A stretch of DNA of 64,000 nt from Mytilus californianus (taxonomy: Eukaryota): NCBI RefSeq assembly GCF_021869535.1, contig NW_026262593.1:28458001-28522000 (forward strand), read 5' to 3'. This document shows, one piece after another, positions 56,559-64,000 of this stretch. The notes under the pieces are model-generated. The model was not told where the DNA came from. It saw only the letters and a program-made list of their open reading frames with translations, and ran no database searches. Made by a program: the position numbers and the translations under genes. Position 1 is the stretch's first letter. Each line of letters begins with the position of its first letter.

Positions 56559-57932
56559 GTGACAGTCCTAGTACTATTCGCCCGGCTAGCCAAATAGCAA
56601 CTGCCTAAAGTGTTTTAGGACAATTATCATGGCTACTTGAATATTAAACTGAAGATACACAGTACGTCACATCCGGTTTCGTGTTAAAGTAGGACCAAAA
56701 TAATATTCACCATGAATTTTTTTATTGCAGAATTTTTTGGTGAGTTATAATCACATATCTTGGGTGTTTTAAGGCACCAGTCTTTTTTTATTTGGAGTTC
56801 CTATAAAAATTTTTGTGAACATGTGGTGACCTAGTTACTAATCCTTGTAAAAGAATAGAGAAATGACCTTGTTTACTCCGAAAACTTCCACAGAAGTTTA
56901 CTTTCTTATATGCAATGAAACGGGGGAAGGACAAAACTGACTCCTGCCAAGTATTTCTTTATTTGAAACAAAAGTTAATTATACATAAATTTTTTGAAAG
57001 TGCCAACATAACAAAAATCAAAAGGAAAAATGGTAGCATTACTTCTTAAAAACAGATGTTTGAACATTATTTTGTTCTGTAATTCATGACAACTATAGTC
57101 ACTGTATGTGTAGGCATTTAATTCCTTTCCCGATTCACTATCGTGTCTTTATCTCTGAAAAAAAATTATCTATACTTCAAATAATAAATTCTAAATTTTG
57201 TCAGATAAATATTACGATGATGCAACATGAAGATGCTTTTCTCAACGTAATTAGATTTTAAGTGAGTGAAAAATACTCATATACCGTGTAAGTGGCAGTT
57301 TATTGTTTTATTTTATTTCTGTTCTCGATATACTGTTCATTTGGGACTTCTCGATTACAACTACCTTCATTATTAGACAAGTTTGTCTGGAAATCTTAAT
57401 TCATTTTTTGCCCATTGTTACAGAGAAAAAATGTAGCTATTTCAGGCTCAGGCAATGCAGTAAAGGATAAATCAATTACAAAACACTTTTAAAGGAACAA
57501 ATTGGTAAAAAGATACGTCAGCATGGAAATTATAACTAAAGTGTTTTTTAAAATAAGACATTAAAATTAATTCATTGCTACAAACTCAAAATTGTCATCG
57601 GTATACTATAATGACAAGTATTTACAAATATATTATATTTTGCATCATATATTGTAGCAAGAAAGGGAAAACATACTCATAATGTGTCGGGTATAACCGT
57701 TGTGTTCGATTAAACTTCTTGGACGAGGAAATGGGGAAAATGTCTCGACATTATTAGATATGATGATTTGATAAATGTAATATTGAAATTAAATAACATT
57801 AATTTTGTACTCCTTTAACTTTGAAAATATTTTTGAAAGCAAATTGTCGAGCATATCTTTTAAAAATCCACGCAGAACTTTTTTTTCTTTTATAGTATGG
57901 CGTATTTATATAGATAGACTTTCTTTGTCATC

Positions 57933-58490
57933 AGAAGATGTGGTATGATTCCCAATGAGACACCTTTCCATAAGAGATCAAATGACGTATTGAAGTAAAC
58001 AACTATATGTCATCGTACGGCATTCAACAATGAGCATGACCACAACCCATACCACATAGCAAGCTATAAAAGGCTCTGACATGACGAAAAAATTAAAAGA
58101 GAAAACTATAACGGCCTGATTTATGTACAAAACAAAATAAACGAAAAACAACTATGATATAAAGAAGCATCTAACGACAACCACTGAATTACAGGCTCCT
58201 GATTTGGGACAGGCACCTGCATGTGGTGGAGTTAAACATGTTTGCGGGCGCCTAACCCTCCCCTAATCTGGGACAGTTGTGTAACAGCACAACATAAGAA
58301 CAAGCTATACAAATCAGTTGAAAAAGGCTCATCAGATCGACACAAAGCACACAACACAACTTACAAAAAGACTTCAGGAAAAAGAGTACTCACATTCACT
58401 GAAAGCTAGTTCAAACAATTAATAAAAAATCATGTATCTAAGACTAAAATACCAATAAGTACACATCCAATGGATTTAGTCAGTTATTGC
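57933..58490 (+). repeat. Dispersed repeat (gatgtggtatgattgccaatgagacaact family); fragments also near 13620, 38340-38700, 51190, 60640-60790, 62420
   Basis: Shared leader and cgtacggccttcaacaatgag block; element class not determined. Confidence 0.7.
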
Positions 58491-61400
58491 TACAAGATGC
58501 ATATAATACCTTTATGCATGTTATCTATTTTTAGTACTCAATTACTTGAAAAATAAAGCAATCATAATTTAATAGAAAAGGCTCATACGTTTTTCAGCAG
58601 TGTATACCACAAGAAATAAGAAAGATATACAATCTATGACAAAATTCTACAAGAAGAAAAAAGATAAATGCTGCGAAAAATCCCAACCCTTTAAAATATC
58701 ATCGCTTGCAAATTCTTGATGTAACAATAATGGATATTTCAAAGGATGGTCTGTATGTTCGTTTTAAGGTTAAGTTTTATTGTTTCTACCACATGAGCCT
58801 TTCGGAATAAGTAGTCTTTCTGTTTGTACCAAGGCCACTAATACTTGTAACTCAAAGACCAAAAAGCTTTCATTCTTGGTAGAATTCATTTTCACCTTCT
58901 TGACCGGATACGCTACAGTCATTTATATTTCTAAAATTTTTAAGGAGCTCTGTGAATTGGAATATTTACTGCACAGCAGTCTAGTTACCCTTTAGCCATA
59001 TTACACCGAAAGCCAAAGAAAGAAAAGCCTGACCAGTGATTGTAGACTTGTATAAACTGTCAGAGAAAAGCATAATCTTGTGCAATGCCAAAGTATCGTC
59101 ATATGTCTACTTGTACTATACATATGTGGTATTTTTGTATACTGTAACAGTGTATTAGTATTGTTTGTTTTTTTACAGTTACAATGTATTTTGTTTTTGT
59201 ATTATTGTCTACTTTAAAATTGTGTCAGCTTATATCTAGATCTAGAAGGATATAGATGCATTTCCCTTTTTTTTTTAATCTGTTTTACAGTCTTACAAAA
59301 AGAACTTAATTGTTATCATCATTGTTATTAGGAGGAGTATTTGGTTTCAATACTATTCGACTTTAACATCGTTTCAAAAGCCATTGGCACATATCTTCGA
59401 CTTTCTTGAAGTCGGATTAATGTCTTCCATCATCATCTACAGACATTGTGACATAATCAAATTTAGCTGATTAATTTTCCTATATTAATTTTTTATAACT
59501 GGTGTAAAACACATCCTAGCACTTTCGTATTAGAGAACAGATTTAGACGGATTTTAATGACACAATTGTCGTTATCACATGATTACGGTGTCGTGGAACG
59601 CGCCAGCACGTGCATTGAATTTCTTTTCAACTCGTTTTAATTTAAAGGTAATCATATAAATTCCCGATGGATAAATTTCACTTAGGCTGTTGACTATTTC
59701 ATTCTATTCACGAAATCGCTTAGCTCTTCACAAGTTTCGGTTCTTAAGGCTTAAATCCTTGGGGTCAAATATTTGACTTTGAACGTTCCTGATGAAGGGT
59801 TAAACTAGCAAAATTATAAAATGTCATTTTCATTTTTTTTTTGTCGTTGTTTTTTTTTTTTTTGTATTTTTTTTTTTGTAAAAATTAACCTTTAGTTGAG
59901 TAGAAGTTGTGTCCCTTTACCTGTAAAAATATGTCAAATATCGATGAAAACTAACACTGTGCTTTATTATCTTTTATATCTATAACTGTTTTAAATAAAG
60001 CATTTCTAACAAACTGCAGTTTATTACCGTAATGAATGTTAAATGAATGTTTTAATCTTTTCTTTGATGTTAAGATGACGAGTCCCTAGGGTTGGATATT
60101 TATACATTGTGGAGGCTGTCAATGTAAAATACTGCTACACTGCTAAAATGTCACGGTACTTCTGGAATTAAACATACGTAATGCGGGATTAATTAATACA
60201 GTAAAGCTGTTTGAATGAATAACAGTTGTCTCATTTATATTGAATCTATAAATGATTTGCGTGACAAGTACTTAATTTTGTTCAATAAAGACAGATGCTC
60301 ATATCTGATTTTGTCTATTTTATTATTTAAATAACTATGTATTTTCAGTATAATTATGAACAATCTTTATGTTCAGAAAGAAACGAAAAAAAAAATAATC
60401 TAAAACGTCTATTTTGTATCTGAACACAATCCACGGAATCAACGTTCATATGACATCACGTGCACATAATGACGAATATTCGATATAATCTACAAATTTC
60501 ACGTATTCAATCGGAGTCATTTTACTCAAGATGTCACCCTTTTAAACTGATTAAAAAAATGCAAAAACTGATAATTTGAACAGTGCATTTTATGAGAGAA
60601 TCCTCGCAAGTATGTGTGATTGATATTTGTTGTCATTTAAGGGCCTTCTAAGTGCTGACTATACAGTATGTCATTGTGTTTTACTCATTGTTTAAGGCCG
60701 TATGGTGACTTGAGTTGCAAACATCCACGCTATCTGGATTCTGGTGGATACTTGTCTCATTGAAAATCATACCACACTTCCTTATTTTTATATTATAGGT
60801 AATTTGTAGGTTTTTTTACAATTTGTAGTTACTTACAGCTGAAAATCTAGTTAGCAGATTAATTTTCAAGTTTTCTTTTTTTCAGTATCATAAATGCTAA
60901 TTTTGGCAAAGTTCCGATATTTCTAACTCTTCGCCAACATATGAAACCATTGCCACTTCACACATCCACTGAAACGAAAGGAAAAGAACTCGCAGAATTT
61001 GCATATTGTATGCAAGATTTCTTTTCTGCGAATTTGAAGAACTGACTAATAGTTATTTATCATTCTGATTCAGAAAATTTACCATCAGAACACTATCATC
61101 GGATTGAAAAATAGGACCCTCCTTTTCTTTGATCTTTTTGTTACAAATATATACGCTTATAACAATATTAAATGCAAAACATGATTAATTTCTGTGCTAT
61201 TTTTATTCTTGGGAACACCTTTTATATGAAATTATAAACATAACATCGTGTTTATATTATAAAGATGTTTACGATTTTTTCAGCTGTTGCCATGTTTGAA
61301 TCAGGTTATTCAGATCAGTTAATCCATTGGTCAATGCGTATATAGTACCGAAATGTACTTGTAAGCTTAAGGTAATCTATATAAGCCCATCTTGCCGAAA

Positions 61401-61934
61401 AGTAACTAAATGAACATGGTTGAAAAATTGATTGATTGATTGATTGATGGCTGCTTAACGCCCAACGGCAAAACTGACTTGCATATTCATGATGATGATA
61501 TGAGTATATAGCTATGAAGACATAGCACTGTCTAGGCGTATATGCCTGGAAATCTTCCTATTCTAAACCAAACATATATCATTAGAAAAATCTGCGGTAT
61601 TTCCTGGTTGTGATTATCCAGCGGTGTAAAAGCGGAGAAACAAAGAGTTATACATAATTGAATATATATATATATATATATGTATATGTAGGTGTATAGA
61701 ATCTGTTCCACAGGCTTTAGAACCCTTTATTTCAAAATTCAGAGAATGTCACGCAATCTTAAAGTGATTAAATTGTATTGTTTAAAAGATCCGAATTGTG
61801 AAATAAAGAGATAAAAAGACTTCCTCTTTGTTTCTCCGTTTCGACAACACTCGATGATCGTAACTAGAACTACAACATGATTTTCTAATTGTCAACATTT
61901 GGTTAAGATTACAAAAAATTCCAAGGCGTGGGTT

Positions 61935-62090
61935 AGACACCGAGACGACTACTCTTTGCTCTGCTCTTATATATCACGTGCTTTGAGAAGAATATCAATA
62001 CCAATTTCAATGCGTTATTTTAACTCAGCTAAGTGTCGAACTCGTGACCTCCCGCACCCGAGGCGAACACACTACCATACCTGAGATCAA
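61935..62090 (-). mobile_element. tRNA-derived SINE (Meta-domain-like core)
   Basis: Minus strand ggtagtgtgttcgcctcgggtgcgggaggtcacgagttcgac..aaattggtattg..aagcacg..agagcaaaga; family name from memory. Confidence 0.65.
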
Positions 62091-63379
62091 CGATTCTGAA
62101 CATGATTTGTGTTTCAATTGACTGAAAATTGAAAAAAGAGTAAACAGGACTGACAAGCCTAATACAAATGTTTTTAAATTAACAAAAGTATTAACAGTCA
62201 GATCTTGTCCATGATAGGAGCCTCGTTATGTGGAGTTTGCTCTATCCATTTGGAGTTTGGTAGTTTGGTTTTGATGATTTTTGGAAGTTCAGTCATAGAA
62301 TAATTATAATTATACTCGCCTGCAAATAATGTTTTGGTTCTGTTATGTTGCTGACTGTCAATTGTGTATATATTCTATACATTCTGGTTTTCAGTGTCAC
62401 ATAGTTAATATAAAAATAAGGAGATGTGGTATGATTGCCAATGAGACAACTATCCACCAAAGTTAAAATGAAGTGGATGTAAGCAATTATAGGCAACCGT
62501 ACGGCCTTCAACAATGAGAAATCAAGTTTAAGTTATTTAATTCATTTACTAAAAGAAATATATGTATATTGAAGAATTGATATAAAACAATCTGCTAGCT
62601 CATACTTAGTGGCCAAACAACCTCAGATAGGGAAAGTCTGAATGCTATTTTTATTTGGGACCTTTAGGGATAGAATTAGAATTAATTAGGAACTTTTGGG
62701 GTGGAAATAAAAAAAAATGAAATCGTGTTAATTAACACATTAATGGTATCTGTTAGATAGCGATATTGTCTCTTTCACAATGTAACAAATTGATTTTTTA
62801 ATCAATATGAAAATTCGGTCTTGAGATGTTTTCCTTGGGGCATTTTTATATGTTCCGGAACAAAGCGGAAATCTTAAATCACGTGACAGTACCCATAAAA
62901 CACTTCCTATTGAATTATATGGACACGTGCTAAAATTTGATTATCATGCTCAATGACAGATTTTATTCGATCCTATTCAAATAATATCCGCAGCTCAATT
63001 GATAATGTTATTAAGCGAAGGAATTAATATTTGGTCTGGATTTATCATTATGTTTAACGAGTTTCATTTACAGACCCATAACCTATAACGCGTAAACAGC
63101 GCTAGGAACAACTGGAATACAACAGCGTTTTCCCCATAAAATGATGGCAATTGCCAATTTTTACCAAACATTCGAACGTATGATCAGTTATATACATTAA
63201 GGCGTTTTCATAAACGTTTGAACATCCGCATTTTACAACCATAACATATCCAGAACATGGTGCATTTAATGACTCGTAAAATGAAAAGATCCAGGAAAAA
63301 GTGGAATTTTTAAAGATTAGGGCATGCGGTACAGAAAAGATCTCTCGTTGAATTTTCCCTAAAATTTTGACACAAAGTC

Positions 63380-63662
63380 AATTTTGATATGCACTTTGGA
63401 AATACGTTAAGAAAAATATACCTTCATGACTCGATTTTCGAGATATTACAGTTTAAAATTTGTATGTTTCATGTAACATGCAAAATTTCATGTTTCAATA
63501 CCTTTCCGAACAAATAGCACAACTTTCACACGGAAAGAGCTATTTTCACCCGGGTTATATGAGAAGTGGTTTAAGCGAATTTGAGATATCATACGGACGG
63601 ACGGACGGACGGACATTGATATACCATAATACGCCACGTCTTCGACGGTCGTATAAAAAAAA
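63380..63662 (-). mobile_element. 5' end of a HINE sharing the subTIR of 1069-3962
   Basis: Minus strand ttttttatacgaccgtc..(GTCC)n; 3' boundary not defined. Confidence 0.6.
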
Positions 63663-64000
63663 TGGGGTCTATGTGCTTATTTTTTAAGCTAGAAATGAAA
63701 ATAAAAAAATTTAAATGCTTCAAATCGCTTTTTCCTTTTTTGAGCTTAATTACGTTGATGGGTGTTCTTATTGCAACATCGCCGTGCAGTTATTCCCGTC
63801 GTACATCAAAACGCTATACGAACTACTGTTATTTACAAATTAAGTGATGATAGAAAAGTAGTTAGTTTTCTTTTGCCTCGAATTTTATGGTTAAATCTGC
63901 ATTATTTTGAAAACATTACGAAATTAAATAATTGGAATGTTTACAGGAAACGACTGATGTTCATTACAATGCTAAGAGGTCAAGCAGAGACATTTATTTT

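Noticed and set aside
59780-59815. Additional hammerheads at 59780 (gttcctgatgaagg), 37670-37700 and 29850-29910
   Set aside because: Only half of the core is present at each site, with no complete stems I-III; at most remnants of another family.

Overview
AT-rich eukaryotic genomic DNA, most likely from a bivalve of the genus Mytilus. The organism is inferred from recalled repeat families, not from a database search. The only intact gene is a class IA PI3K catalytic subunit, p110alpha (PIK3CA), on the + strand. Eighteen coding exons (4928-21896) splice into one open frame of 932 codons plus stop, and the N-terminal ABD exon lies upstream of the window. Three of its exon borders are locally duplicated. 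One gives an 8-copy splice-donor array, one a 9-copy splice-acceptor array, and one a partial exon copy lacking its acceptor. The rest of the window is repeat-rich. It holds at least 7 Helentron-type non-autonomous elements (HINEs), several with internal satellites and higher-order repeats. There are two Penelope-like RT fragments and six copies of a type I hammerhead ribozyme module, ranging from intact to dead. Also present are an intronless EXD2 pseudogene flanked by direct repeats, a MULE transposase remnant, several MITEs and SINEs, a 101-bp minisatellite and a compositionally odd GA/GT-rich island. There is no CRISPR array, rRNA or true tRNA. All coordinates and translations were read by hand.
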